From NCBI GenBank assembly GCA_963674865.2, contig CAXXYE010000009.1, forward strand, positions 1,440,001 to 1,504,000: a stretch of 64,000 nucleotides of DNA, given 5' to 3'. The position numbers were made by a program, and so were the translations under genes. Below the pieces are notes generated by a model, which searched no databases, was not told where the DNA came from, and worked only from the letters and a program-made list of their open reading frames with translations. Below, piece after piece: positions 27,951 through 38,715 of this stretch. Each line of letters opens with the position of its first letter. The stretch's first letter is position 1. Source of the stretch: Candidatus Hydrogenedentota bacterium. Its GTDB lineage: Bacteria; Hydrogenedentota; Hydrogenedentia; Hydrogenedentales; SLHB01.

Positions 27951-30368
27951 GTGCCGACATTGGGGGAGAAGGCGAAGATGCTCTCGGTGAGGTTTCTGCC
28001 CCTGGGACTCTTGCTTGCGATGGCGTGGGGCGCGTGGGCGGAGAAACCCCTCACGCACGTCCCATTCATTTACGGCTACAGCAACACCGCGGATCAGGCC
28101 GTCAGTGAGGGATTTCGCAAGGAATTCGAGAGCGCCGCGCCGGACCTGTTCCACGCCGACGGCGATATGCGCTATCTCGGGCGCTACGGATTTGGCTGCC
28201 CCATCTATCCCTCACGGGAACGCACCTACGAAACGTATGTCGCCGAAATGAAGGATCACCTCGCCGCCCTAAGGGGCGAGGGCGTGCGGCTATTCATCGC
28301 CTACCTGTGCAACCAATCCCTATTCGGCAACGACGAGACGAGACTCGGCGCTTGGGAGGTTTATGACAACTGGGGCCAATTCGCCGGGCTCTTCACCTTT
28401 CCCAAGCCCCCCGATCCCATCACATGGCTTCAGCGCGAGCCGAACGGCGACGTGCATTACAACTACTCCCGCCAGTGGGCGCGCGGACGGCGCGAGTACG
28501 ATGGCCTGGGCCTGATCCGCTACGCGCCCTGCCCGAACAATCCGCATTGGCGAGCATTCTGCGATAACGAAGCACGCCTGGCGGCTTCTCTCGGATTCGA
28601 CGGCCTCTTCGTGGACAACTGCATCCTCCACTGCTATTGCGATGCGTGCCGGCGGCGCTTCCAGGCATATCTGAAGAAGCGCTACACGCCCGAGCGATTG
28701 CGCGAAGCCTTTGGCGCTTCGGATTACGGCGAGGTAACCCTTTACAGCGAGGGCGATATACGGCACTGGGCGCAGGCGTCGCCGGAGTTTATCCCATGGC
28801 TGGAGGCGAAGTTCCCGCCGGTGGAGCGGGAAGGTATCTTTGCCACGGCCGGGCCGCTCGACTCGCAGCACGTGGCCAACGCGGGCGGCGGCATGATCAT
28901 GGGGCAGGCCTGTGCCTTCGTCGCGGAGCGCATGCTTAGTCCCGGTGTGCAGCCCTGCTTCGAGAACGTCCGCCTGGCCAATCCCGCCCTGCAAACGCCC
29001 GGTGGGCGTTTGCGCTGGGCGGAGACCACCCGGTTCTGGGCCGATAGCATCGGCGATATGCTGGCCGAGCTTCGCGACGCGGGCCGGCGCGTGAATCCCG
29101 ACTTCTTCATCGTGCCCAACTGGGGGACGATGCAGCGGATCAACGCGGCCGCGGGGCGGGCGGAGGATGGACGCGATCTCCTGCGCATGCGTGCCGGTGC
29201 GGACTGGCAGATGTACGAGGAAGGATTCACGACGGGCCGGATCGCCCCGGGATTGATCCTCGAATACGATATGGAACTCCGGTTTGCCTTCGCGAACGAT
29301 GTCCGCGCCATGCTGCTGCCGTACAACCTCGCGGGCCGGGATGTTTACGATGTGGGCATGGCGGAGGCCGCCGCCTCGGGCGGGAGTGTGCTCGTGGAAT
29401 CGAACGGCCTCTATCCGGAGGTGCAAACCGCGTACCAGCGGTTTTTTCGCGAGCACGCCGATCTCTATGACGGCTACCACTCCGCGGCCCAGGTCGCGCT
29501 CGCGCACTTGTTTGATCAAGTCCACTTCCTGAACGTCGAGCACCTACGGCAGGTGCACGCGCTGAACCGGTACTTGGCCGATCAACAGATTCCCTTTGAT
29601 CACATCACCGAGGAGGGCATAGCTGGCGAGCGGCTCGATGATTACCGCGTCGTGATTCTGCCAAACACCGTCTACCTGAGCGATGAAGAAGTCGCCGCCC
29701 TTCGGAAATACGCCCGGCGCGGCGGCATTCTCATTATCATTGGTGAAACGGGCACGCATGACGCCTATTGCCGCCCGCGTGAGAGGGACGCTTTTAGCGG
29801 CCTAAGCAAGAAGCGCGTCGTGCGCTTCGCCGGCCTCTGCGAGGCCCTTCCTCAACGGGGCATCTATCTTGAGCCGGCGGTGCAGGCGGCGGAGGCCGGC
29901 ACATTCGCGGAAACGTACAGCGACAGGCGGCTAGGCAAATACAAATGCCTTGCCGAACTCGACGAGAAGCTGTGGATCAAGCGCTATCAGCAGGCCGGGC
30001 CTGTTACAGAGGCCATCGCTGAGGCGCTTGGGACTTCGCCGCACATCGCCGACCCGGTGCGTGCCAGCGGCGTGCGATGCCTCATCTATGAGCGGCCCGA
30101 GGGGGAAGCGTGGCGCGCGGTTGCGCACGTGGTGAATAAGAACGTGCCCATGGCTGTGGCCGAGGAAGAGCGCAGGCTCACACCAGTGTCGGATCTCACG
30201 CTATCGCTGCCCATTCCCGCCGGCGCGGAGGCCCTGTCTGCGCGGCTCTTCGTGCCCAGGGCGTCCCCCGTTGCGTTGGACTTCTCTCCCGAGAGCGATG
30301 GCCGTGTCCAGGTAACTATCCCTCGCCTCGATGCCTACGCGGTGGTGGTGCTCTCCTGCACAGAGTGA
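27951..30368 (+). CDS. Secreted putative glycoside hydrolase (TIM barrel plus GH42-type trimerisation/GATase1-like domain)
   Basis: Signal peptide; CPNNPHW, FDGLFVDN, CYCDACRRRF; LDDYRVVILPNTVYLSDEE. The start could instead be ATG 27978. Confidence 0.65.
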   Translation: MPTLGEKAKMLSVRFLPLGLLLAMAWGAWAEKPLTHVPFIYGYSNTADQAVSEGFRKEFESAAPDLFHADGDMRYLGRYGFGCPIYPSRERTYETYVAEMKDHLAALRGEGVRLFIAYLCNQSLFGNDETRLGAWEVYDNWGQFAGLFTFPKPPDPITWLQREPNGDVHYNYSRQWARGRREYDGLGLIRYAPCPNNPHWRAFCDNEARLAASLGFDGLFVDNCILHCYCDACRRRFQAYLKKRYTPERLREAFGASDYGEVTLYSEGDIRHWAQASPEFIPWLEAKFPPVEREGIFATAGPLDSQHVANAGGGMIMGQACAFVAERMLSPGVQPCFENVRLANPALQTPGGRLRWAETTRFWADSIGDMLAELRDAGRRVNPDFFIVPNWGTMQRINAAAGRAEDGRDLLRMRAGADWQMYEEGFTTGRIAPGLILEYDMELRFAFANDVRAMLLPYNLAGRDVYDVGMAEAAASGGSVLVESNGLYPEVQTAYQRFFREHADLYDGYHSAAQVALAHLFDQVHFLNVEHLRQVHALNRYLADQQIPFDHITEEGIAGERLDDYRVVILPNTVYLSDEEVAALRKYARRGGILIIIGETGTHDAYCRPRERDAFSGLSKKRVVRFAGLCEALPQRGIYLEPAVQAAEAGTFAETYSDRRLGKYKCLAELDEKLWIKRYQQAGPVTEAIAEALGTSPHIADPVRASGVRCLIYERPEGEAWRAVAHVVNKNVPMAVAEEERRLTPVSDLTLSLPIPAGAEALSARLFVPRASPVALDFSPESDGRVQVTIPRLDAYAVVVLSCTE

Positions 30369-30426
30369 TCGGATGCCAGAATCCGTACGTAAGTGCGGTT
30401 CTGCATCCCAAGCACGCGCGCCGGCG

Positions 30427-30533
30427 GCAGGCAGGATGCCCGCGCCACAATCTCCGGCACGCTCGCCATTTGTCAAGGCCCGCTTGCCAGAGCCGCGAGA
30501 AGGGCCATATGGTGGTGCGGGCTTCCAGCCTGC
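30427..30533. repeat. Inverted pair of REP-like palindromic units
   Basis: GCAGGCAGGATGCCCGCGCCACA (30427-30449) and TGGTGCGGGCTTCCAGCCTGC (30513-30533) are near reverse complements, intergenic. Confidence 0.6.
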
Positions 30534-30694
30534 ATATCCCCGCGATTGGTGCGAAACCTGTCCGACTTGCGTGCGGATTCTTGGAGATCACCTAGCGTTG
30601 TGTGCGATGCTGGCGGCTGATATGATCTTTCCCGAACGCGCGTAGTGCGCGACACCAACGCTAAGCGAAAGTTACCACAAAGCGGGGATGTGCC

Positions 30695-31474
30695 ATGCTG
30701 AAGTTCTCACCATGCATCGAGATGTTCTGGCCGGATGTGGCCTTTGCCGACAGGATCGCCAAAGCGGCGGCGCTCGGCTACCAGGCCTACGAATTCTGGC
30801 AGTATTGGAACAAGGATCTGGACGCCGTGGAGCGCGCTACGAAGGACAGCGGCCTCGACGTGGCCGTATGCTGCGTGAAGACGGCTTTCATGGCCGATAG
30901 CGCGCCCATGCTCCTTCCCGAAGGCAAGGATGACTTCGTGGCCGCGGTGCGCGAATGCCTCACCATTCGTGATCGGCTCGGATGCCAAGGCTTCATCGTA
31001 ACCACCGGCAGTGAACTCGAAGGCGTGTCACGCGCCGATCAGCACCGCGCCTGCGTCGAGGCGCTTGAGGCCGCCGCGCCCATCGCCGAGGGCGAAGGCG
31101 TCACGCTTGTCCTCGAACCCTTGAACCTCCTCGTGGATCACGCCGGATACTATCTCGGAACCTACACGGAAGGCTTCGAGATCCTCGAAGAAGTAAACAG
31201 CCCCGCCGTGAAGCTGCTCTTCGACATCTACCACATGCAGATTTCCGAGGGGAATCTCACGCCGACTATAGTGGGGAACATCAAACGCATAGGCCACTTC
31301 CACATCGCGAATCATCCCGGCCGCCACGAGCCGGCCATCGGCGAGATCAACTATCCCCACATTCTCAACGCCATCCGTGAGGCCGGATACGATAACTATC
31401 TCGGCCTCGAATTCAGCCCAAGTGACCACGCCCGCACGGAGGATATTCTCAAAGCCGTTATCGCTATGGCCTAG
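30695..31474 (+). CDS. Hydroxypyruvate isomerase (Hyi) family TIM-barrel protein
   Basis: LVLEPLN, LLFDIYHMQISEG, HFHIANHPGRHEP, GEINY, LGLEF. Confidence 0.9.
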   Translation: MLKFSPCIEMFWPDVAFADRIAKAAALGYQAYEFWQYWNKDLDAVERATKDSGLDVAVCCVKTAFMADSAPMLLPEGKDDFVAAVRECLTIRDRLGCQGFIVTTGSELEGVSRADQHRACVEALEAAAPIAEGEGVTLVLEPLNLLVDHAGYYLGTYTEGFEILEEVNSPAVKLLFDIYHMQISEGNLTPTIVGNIKRIGHFHIANHPGRHEPAIGEINYPHILNAIREAGYDNYLGLEFSPSDHARTEDILKAVIAMA

Positions 31475-31629
31475 GGTGGGCCGGCAATTACAGCGGCCAG
31501 TGCGGTGCCACGTGCGCGGACACGCGCATATGCCGGTGCCTCATGGAAAAGGGGATTCATGGCCTTATGCTCCTGTATCCCTGATCTCAGGTGGAGAAAT
31601 GACACAGACTCTTCGCATAAAGGCAGTAG

Positions 31630-32397
31630 CTATGCTTCCGGAAGGTGTAAGGGATTCTTGCGGTCTCGCAAGTAACTGTAAAGAGCATTGGTCATCCAGG
31701 CTTTGGCTGGAAAGATGATGAAGAAGACAAGAAGAGATAGGGCGTGGTCCACATGGGAACACACCGGCCATTGGAACGTACCCGAGAGCCTTGCGGACCA
31801 CGAGAGCGGAAACAGGAGCAAGACAGGGATCGTGCCCAAGCAAACCGTCGTTGTCGCGGCCGCCCAGCCAATGGACTCTCCAACACGAGGGATCTCTGCC
31901 GCGGGAGAGGCTGAACGCCGCAAGAGAATCATTGACATATCGACCCATAGCCAGAACCATAGGAAGCCTGCCATTGCCCTCGTGCGCCACCCATAGGGCA
32001 AATCGTCATACCAGGGGGTAGCAAGAGGCAGGCCAGGGACGATGCAGACGGTCACGGGAAGTTGTTCGCGTCCATTCAGCACTAGAAACGGCGACACAAA
32101 ACACACGGTTACCGCGCACCACAGCACTCCAAAGATGATGCCCCCCGTCATCTGTCTGGCTGACCGCTTTGCGATTCCCGGAGCCAAGAGGAGCAGTGGC
32201 GCGACAAATAGCTGTGACAGCATGATTGGCGCACCGCCGACCTGCATTGAAGGGATCAGTGCCACAGCTCCGGCGAGCATCCCCATGAGCAAAGCCGCGT
32301 CGGCAGGTTTGCCGAAGAGTGTGATCGGTTGCTGGATGTGCCGTCGGGCTCTGTCTGGCCCCGAGACTTCCAAAGGGTTGTCTCGCTCTGGCTGCAT
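31630..32397 (-). CDS. Hypothetical membrane protein
   Basis: 255-aa ORF with several hydrophobic segments and an RBS-like GGGGAGG; no family recognised. Confidence 0.55.
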   Translation of the reverse strand: MQPERDNPLEVSGPDRARRHIQQPITLFGKPADAALLMGMLAGAVALIPSMQVGGAPIMLSQLFVAPLLLLAPGIAKRSARQMTGGIIFGVLWCAVTVCFVSPFLVLNGREQLPVTVCIVPGLPLATPWYDDLPYGWRTRAMAGFLWFWLWVDMSMILLRRSASPAAEIPRVGESIGWAAATTTVCLGTIPVLLLFPLSWSARLSGTFQWPVCSHVDHALSLLVFFIIFPAKAWMTNALYSYLRDRKNPLHLPEA

Positions 32398-32640
32398 CGT
32401 TGAAGCCTCCCCGCATCCCTGAAGACGGCCCCGCCATCACCGAGTTCGAGTGTGTCGTGACTTCGGACACACCAAATCTCCTGCGATTATACTACTGCCA
32501 TAACGCGGGTGCGTCAATCGCTGTTTGGGCTGGCCTGGTGTCGGAGGGGGCTTCCTGAAAGACGTCTAGCATGGCAACGCGTACGGTGCTTTAGGCCACT
32601 GACAGAGCCCGTCGGCCCGCACCCTCCGTTCCCGGGTACC

Positions 32641-34812
32641 TCAGCCGCGCGCGGGCTGAAGCAGCCGAAGGGCGTTGAAGATCACGAGCAAGGAAGCGCC
32701 CATGTCGGCGGCGATGGCCATCCAGAGCGTGGCGAGGCCACACAGCGCCAGCGCGATGAAGACGAGCTTGATCCCGAGCGCGAAGGCGATGCTCTGCTTG
32801 ATGGTTCTCAACGCGCGGCGGGCGTGGCGAATGAGCCATGGGATCCGCGCGAGATCATCGGCCATGAGGGCGATGTCGGCCGTCTCGATAGCCGCGTCTG
32901 CACCCGCCGCGCCCATCGCGATGCCGAGCGTGGCCGCGGCCATGGCGGGCGCGTCATTGATGCCGTCCCCCACCATGGCGAGTCGGCCGTGTTCCCGGAC
33001 AAGCCTCTCGACCTCAACCACCTTGTCCTCGGGGAGAAGTTCAGCGCGGAAGTCGTCCACTCCCGCGGCCTTGGCGATGGCTTGGGCAGTGCCCTGATTA
33101 TCGCCGGTGAGCATGACGACGGATCTAATTCCGGCCTCTTTCAGGGCGTGTACAGCTGCCGGGGCGTCGGGCCGGATTTCATCGGCCACACTGATCAGGC
33201 CGCACACGTGCCTGTCATTGCCGACGAACACCGACGAATGGCCGGCGTCTTCCAGGGACTCGGCAATGCCGTGCGCCTCCGCATCATCCATGGCAAGCTC
33301 GTGGACGAATCGATGGCTTCCTACCCAGAACGGGCGATCGCCGTATCTGGCTTCGCCGCCCTTTCCTTTCAGCGCGCGATAGCCCTCCGCCGGCGTGAAC
33401 GCGACGCCGCGTTCCTGGGCGCAGTGGACGACGGCCCTCCCAACGGGATGCTCGCTGTGCGCCTCGATCGCCGCTGCTCGCTCGAGTAATTCCTCTTCAG
33501 AATGATCGTTCAGCGGCACGATTCGCTGGACGGTGGGATGGCCGGAGGTGAGCGTGCCTGTCTTGTCCATTGCTACCGCGTTGAGGCGCGCCGCCCCTTC
33601 GAGATACATCCCACCCTTGATTAGGATACCGGCCCGCGCCGCGGAGGCCAGGGCCGCGACGATACTCACCGGCGTGGAGATCACGAGGGCGCACGGACAC
33701 GCGATAACCAAGATCACGAGGGCCTCGTAGAACCACTTGGCCCATCCTTCTCCCAATACCAGCGGAGGAACGACGGCAATAAGCAGTGCAAGGCCCATCA
33801 TGGCCGGTGTGTAGTACCGCGCGAACGTCTCCACCCATCGCTCGCTCGGGGCGCGCCGCGCCTGAGCCTCCTCCACCATGCGGATGATCCGCGCGAGCGT
33901 CGTGTCGGCCGCCGGGCGCGTCACGCGGAATCGAAACGCGCTTTCGTTGTTGATGGTTCCCGCGAAGACTTCATCGCCTACCTCTTTGGGCACCGGTCGG
34001 GACTCGCCCGTGATGGGCGCCTGGTTGATGCTGGTGCTGCCTTTAACGACTACGCCGTCGAGAGGGATCTTCTCTCCCGGGCGTACCGCCACTATTGTTC
34101 CCGTCACCACGGCCTCGACGAATTGCTCCTCGGACTCTCCGCCTTCAGGGGGCACGATACGCGCGGTGGCCGGCGAGAGGTCCATGAGCGCGCGGATCGC
34201 ACGACGCGCCCGGCCCACGCTCCACGATTCCAGAAGGAGCGCCAGCGAGAAGAGAAACGTTACTGTAGCCGCCTCGAACCACTCGCCGATGGCCGCGGCG
34301 CCAAGAACGGCCACCATCATGAGCAGGTTCATGTCAGGCCGTAGCCTGCGTGCGGCCGCAAGAGCCTTCGGGACGACGAACCAGCCGCCCGCCACGGCGG
34401 CGGCGATGTAGAGAACGAGCACGTCCGAGGGAAAGCGGTGTCCCTCTCCGGGGCCCCGTGTGAGCGCATCCATTACGCCGTGCTGAAGGGCGTGCAGCGC
34501 GAAGCCCGCGGCCAAGAAGATGCCGCTTGCGGCGCACATCCTCCCTCGCCCGCCGGTCCGCCGGCCCACGCTATGTGAGCCGGAAGCGGCATGCGCTTCC
34601 CAGCGAACCGCCTCCATCCCTGTACCCGCCACAGCCCGAACCACGGCGTCTTCAGCAAGCGTTTCCGGGGGCGACGAAACGGTTAGCTTGCCGTTGAGCA
34701 GATCAAAAACCAGGTGCTCCTCTCCACCCGCCAACGGCCCAAGAGCGCGCTTCAGGACGACAACCTCTTCGGCGCAGTCCATACCCCGGATCTTGAAGGC
34801 CAAGTCGCTCAC
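32641..34812 (-). CDS. Heavy-metal P1B-type ATPase (ZntA/CadA-like)
   Basis: GMDCAEE HMA domain, TGES, CPCALVIS, DKTGTLT, SEHP, GDGINDAP. Confidence 0.95.
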   Translation of the reverse strand: MSDLAFKIRGMDCAEEVVVLKRALGPLAGGEEHLVFDLLNGKLTVSSPPETLAEDAVVRAVAGTGMEAVRWEAHAASGSHSVGRRTGGRGRMCAASGIFLAAGFALHALQHGVMDALTRGPGEGHRFPSDVLVLYIAAAVAGGWFVVPKALAAARRLRPDMNLLMMVAVLGAAAIGEWFEAATVTFLFSLALLLESWSVGRARRAIRALMDLSPATARIVPPEGGESEEQFVEAVVTGTIVAVRPGEKIPLDGVVVKGSTSINQAPITGESRPVPKEVGDEVFAGTINNESAFRFRVTRPAADTTLARIIRMVEEAQARRAPSERWVETFARYYTPAMMGLALLIAVVPPLVLGEGWAKWFYEALVILVIACPCALVISTPVSIVAALASAARAGILIKGGMYLEGAARLNAVAMDKTGTLTSGHPTVQRIVPLNDHSEEELLERAAAIEAHSEHPVGRAVVHCAQERGVAFTPAEGYRALKGKGGEARYGDRPFWVGSHRFVHELAMDDAEAHGIAESLEDAGHSSVFVGNDRHVCGLISVADEIRPDAPAAVHALKEAGIRSVVMLTGDNQGTAQAIAKAAGVDDFRAELLPEDKVVEVERLVREHGRLAMVGDGINDAPAMAAATLGIAMGAAGADAAIETADIALMADDLARIPWLIRHARRALRTIKQSIAFALGIKLVFIALALCGLATLWMAIAADMGASLLVIFNALRLLQPARG

Positions 34813-35041
34813 CGAACGCTCCCGTTGAGGTTGCCGTCAGGCACACTTCGCTCTTTTCAGGGGACACCTGCGGGGCGCTGCTTATTCCGTGTCGAGAGGG
34901 AGGGAGCCGGATGTGAAGCGCTTCAGACGCTGCTCGTGCGCCTACTCGTCTTGCGCCCAGTCCTGCGAAGCATTCGCGAAGACCTCTTCAGGCGTTCGTG
35001 AACGACATGTCGAGGCCACAAACAGAGTCATGGCCTGTCTT

Positions 35042-36409
35042 CTATCGGCCGGACTTAAGGGTTCGTCGCTCTAGGACAAAGATCTGCTGGCGTCCGCCGA
35101 TGTCCATATTGAAGGCAAGTCGGCGTCCGTCCGGCGCGAATGCAAGTCCCTTCGGCCCGCCGGGAATCAGCGCCTCGGATAGCAGCGGGCGCGGCGTGGG
35201 GGAGGGAGCACCCCGGCCCAAGTCCACGCGGTAGAGCATCTTATTGTCGCCCACGGCCAGCCACCTGCCCGAAGGATGCCAACAGGGATCTGTCCCCACG
35301 CCATCGGGCAGCGCCGTTAACTGGGCCAGGCCCTCGCCCGAAGGAGTGATGACGAAGAGTTGGTTCAGGCCGTCCGCGTCCTCGGCAAGGAAGGCGAGCC
35401 AAGTCCCCTGGGAATTGGCGCGGACGTAGCCCTTTACGGCTCCGAGCCGCGTCAGGCGTCGGATCTCCGTGCCGGCCGGCGGGGCCGGCAGGGCCGGCAG
35501 GGCGGTGTCTGTTCCCTCAAGAGGCCCCGAGGCGCCGGGAACGGTAATATCCTCCGGGATATCCACGACGAAGACATCGCGCTTCCCTTCAGCCAAGGTT
35601 CCGACGAAGGCCCGGCCAAAGCAGCGGCTTCCATCCCGCACGTAACCCCGCGCGCCAATCCATCCGTCGCCCTCGGCGCGGCTGATCTGATCGGAACCCG
35701 GCGCAGGTTTCGGAACGACGGGCACGAGCACGACGCTGAAACCCAGGCCGTCCCAATTCTCCGCATCCTTATCGACGTGAACGGGGATCCCCAGCCGGGT
35801 GACGCCGATGGTGCGCAGATTCCGCGTCTCGCCGGTTCTATCCTCGAGTTCCTTCATGATCATGTCGTTGTACGTGAAGCCTATCCACGCGTTCCCCGGC
35901 CCGCCGGGGTCGTGCACGTGCGTGCCGCCCCGCAATGCGCCCGGTGTGTACGGCGGCGTCACATCCCGCGCGTCGGCGTATTGAATGCCGTTTTCCCCGG
36001 GCCGCACGATGGCCCCGAAGCGGCGAAATTGCTCGTAGCGCAAACCCGTGGCCTTGGCCGGCCCATGGATGAAGATGATCGCGTCGCGATCCGGCAGATA
36101 GCTGGCCGCGGCGATGCCCGGGCCGAGTTCCGGCACGGACGCGGCGTCATAGGCTACCTCGTCCTCGCCCGTCACCACGTTCACCCGGCAGATCAGGCTG
36201 CTATCGCGGATGGCCCCGATATTGCGATCGTAGCAGAGCCACTGCCCGTCGGGCGAGAACGCCTTGCCCTGGGCGGAGAGATTGTGATGGGACGCGGCGT
36301 CGTGCGTAATCTGCCGCAATTGCCACCTGTCGGCGCGTGTGGCGCAGCCTGCGATGCACGCGAAGGCCACTAGGAGACTGAAATAACGCACGGCGCTTCC
36401 TTTCTTCAT
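35042..36409 (-). CDS. YidR/DUF3748-like TolB-type propeller lipoprotein
   Basis: Lipobox IAGC; DARDVTPPYTPGALRGGTHVH, FTYND, PGSDQISRA motifs. Confidence 0.75.
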   Translation of the reverse strand: MKKGSAVRYFSLLVAFACIAGCATRADRWQLRQITHDAASHHNLSAQGKAFSPDGQWLCYDRNIGAIRDSSLICRVNVVTGEDEVAYDAASVPELGPGIAAASYLPDRDAIIFIHGPAKATGLRYEQFRRFGAIVRPGENGIQYADARDVTPPYTPGALRGGTHVHDPGGPGNAWIGFTYNDMIMKELEDRTGETRNLRTIGVTRLGIPVHVDKDAENWDGLGFSVVLVPVVPKPAPGSDQISRAEGDGWIGARGYVRDGSRCFGRAFVGTLAEGKRDVFVVDIPEDITVPGASGPLEGTDTALPALPAPPAGTEIRRLTRLGAVKGYVRANSQGTWLAFLAEDADGLNQLFVITPSGEGLAQLTALPDGVGTDPCWHPSGRWLAVGDNKMLYRVDLGRGAPSPTPRPLLSEALIPGGPKGLAFAPDGRRLAFNMDIGGRQQIFVLERRTLKSGR

Positions 36410-36412
36410 AGG

Positions 36413-37327
36413 CTACGAGTACCTTGCCTTCCGGTAGCCTTCCGCGAAGGCGGCCCCGTCATAGCCTTCATTCTCCGGCACGTCGGCGAGGGCCACCTCG
36501 ACGTCGCCGTTCAGCCACGAGTGCCGCGCCGCGAGGGCGCACCGCTCCGGCTCGATGAGCGCGTCGAACGCAACCGGCGGCTCCTCCTCTTCTCCGGCGA
36601 GGTACGGCAGCACGGCGGTGAGCAGGCTACGATACAAGTCGCCGCTGTCGGCGATGTACTGCGAGACGCTCCGCTCCGTGATGATGGTGGTGTAAAAGGG
36701 CAGCCAGTTCGCGGAGGCGCCCACGATGAGCATGCCGAAGCGGCCGTCCACCCAGTTCACCCGTACGCGGCGCTGAACGCCCTCGCTTAGGTGCTGCACA
36801 CTGGCGATCCCCGGCCCCATGATGCCGCTCAACATGGCGTAGGCATGGATGCCGTAGTTGAATTCATCCACGGCGCACCCGCAGATGCACGTATGAGGCG
36901 TGCCGCGTTCCTCCGGCGGCTGGGCGAGCCACGCGCGTGTTTCCGAGCAGAACCGCAGCGAAGAGCCGCCGGAGATGCGCGCTCCCTCCGCGGCCCAGCG
37001 GCGAAGCTGCGCGAGATCGGCGAGATTGCCGGCCACCGGTTTGTCAATGAGAACCGCCTTGCCGGCCTCGACGAAGGGCCGGGCCTTGTCCACGTGCGTG
37101 TCCCAATCGCACCCGTGGATGATCGCCGCATCGGCCTCCGCCGCCATCGCTTCGAGCGATGGGAAAACCTCGGGAATTCCGTGCTCTTTGGCGAAATTCC
37201 TGACGTATTCCTCGGGATGCACCGAGCCGCCATCCCACACCCCGACGACTTCATGCCCCAACTCCCGCTCGATGGGAATCCAGTTCTGCGGATGCGACGT
37301 ATCAAGATCGACAACGCCAATTCTCAT
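36413..37327 (-). CDS. Gfo/Idh/MocA-like oxidoreductase
   Basis: MRIGVVDLDTSH, LIDKP, GSSLRF, YGIH. Confidence 0.85.
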   Translation of the reverse strand: MRIGVVDLDTSHPQNWIPIERELGHEVVGVWDGGSVHPEEYVRNFAKEHGIPEVFPSLEAMAAEADAAIIHGCDWDTHVDKARPFVEAGKAVLIDKPVAGNLADLAQLRRWAAEGARISGGSSLRFCSETRAWLAQPPEERGTPHTCICGCAVDEFNYGIHAYAMLSGIMGPGIASVQHLSEGVQRRVRVNWVDGRFGMLIVGASANWLPFYTTIITERSVSQYIADSGDLYRSLLTAVLPYLAGEEEEPPVAFDALIEPERCALAARHSWLNGDVEVALADVPENEGYDGAAFAEGYRKARYS

Positions 37328-37532
37328 GGTGCTTGTGCCCTTCCTGCTTTCCACCCGGCCACACGCCGCCCGGCCCATTGCGTGTACACGAAACGCGGCG
37401 GTGTTTTCAACAGCAGCAGCCCACTCCGGACTTCGGACGACGTGCGTGTCGCACGGCTCTCAGGTGAGGGGAAACCAGGCTAGCCGCTGCTCGAAGGGCG
37501 CGCCGGCGGGGGACAGGTGCATGTGCCGGGCG

Positions 37533-38702
37533 TCAACGAGGCGTCGGCGGCTCTCGCCTCCGCCTGGCCACGGCGGCGACGGCAATTCCCAAGATGGCCA
37601 AGGCGCCCGCTCCGGCCATCCATGGCCCGGCCTGCCCTTCGACGGCTTCAGCCGGCTCGTCGGCCTCATCAGCCGGGCCCTCGGGCGCATCCGGGGCGGG
37701 TGAAGGGCCTTCCGCTACGTCCGCGACGGTGGCGTTGGCACTCACCGCGTCCGTATTGGCCGCAAGCTCGTCGTCAATGGATTGGAGGAGCGCGTTGTCA
37801 ACGCGGTGCTGGTGTTTGGCAAACGTTGCCTCGAGCATGGACTGCGCGATTCTCGCCATGGGCGTATCAGGGAAATCGCTCAATACCTGCTCCAGGGCGG
37901 CCTGCCAATTGCCGCCGTGGGCGCCGGCGTAGGCGCTCGCATATCCCTCCACCGATGCCTTGGCGACGGCCATCTCGTGCGAGTTCTCCCCGAAGATATC
38001 CCCGCGTTCGGCGGCTTCCTTCCGCTCTGCCCACATCTCCAAGGCGCGGCGCCAACTCGACTCCTCACGCGGCCCCCAGCCAATGCCGCGCTCAGGAGGC
38101 TCCGGATCCTTGAGCCAGTCCTCGCGCCGGCGCTCATAGGTGTAGGCCAACGCATCTATGGCCTGGTAGTAGTAATCCTGCGCCTTCCCCGTGTCCTTTG
38201 CATAATGCAGCTCGATGCTCCCCGCGAGAATCGCCGCGCGCGGCACCATGATCTGGGGCGACCACAGCGTGTCCATAGGCTCAACGCTGTAGTAATCCTC
38301 GTGCTTGTAGTTCGACATCACGCGCTCGAAGTACTCCAGCGCCTCTTCTCGCCGCCACACCATGGCCTTGCCCGGATCCTGGCGCTGCGATAGCAACACG
38401 CCGATGCGATACTCGATGACGATATTGTCCGGATGCTCAGGGCGGTAGGACAAGGCGCGCGCGTAGTGCTCCACCACCAGATCGCGGTTCTGCATTTCCA
38501 CCGGAGCCCCGCAGTCCGCGTCATAGCGCCTGCCCAACGCCATTTCCTCCTCGAAGCGGCTGAGGTCCTCGGCCGCAAAGGCGCTGCCAGAGATGCCCGC
38601 GGCCGCGGCGCAAATGATGCACAGAAAGGCCGGCGCCTTGCCGGCCCTATTCGCCAGCCGCACACGGCGCCCGCGGCCTATCCCCTCTACCACCCCGTCC
38701 AT
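37533..38702 (-). CDS. Secreted TPR-like protein with acidic linker and C-terminal membrane anchor
   Basis: GAGGAGG RBS; signal peptide ending AFA; helical repeats; WMAGAGALAILGIAVAAVARRRR tail. Confidence 0.7.
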   Translation of the reverse strand: MDGVVEGIGRGRRVRLANRAGKAPAFLCIICAAAAGISGSAFAAEDLSRFEEEMALGRRYDADCGAPVEMQNRDLVVEHYARALSYRPEHPDNIVIEYRIGVLLSQRQDPGKAMVWRREEALEYFERVMSNYKHEDYYSVEPMDTLWSPQIMVPRAAILAGSIELHYAKDTGKAQDYYYQAIDALAYTYERRREDWLKDPEPPERGIGWGPREESSWRRALEMWAERKEAAERGDIFGENSHEMAVAKASVEGYASAYAGAHGGNWQAALEQVLSDFPDTPMARIAQSMLEATFAKHQHRVDNALLQSIDDELAANTDAVSANATVADVAEGPSPAPDAPEGPADEADEPAEAVEGQAGPWMAGAGALAILGIAVAAVARRRREPPTPR

Positions 38703-38715
38703 CCGCGCCGCCTCC

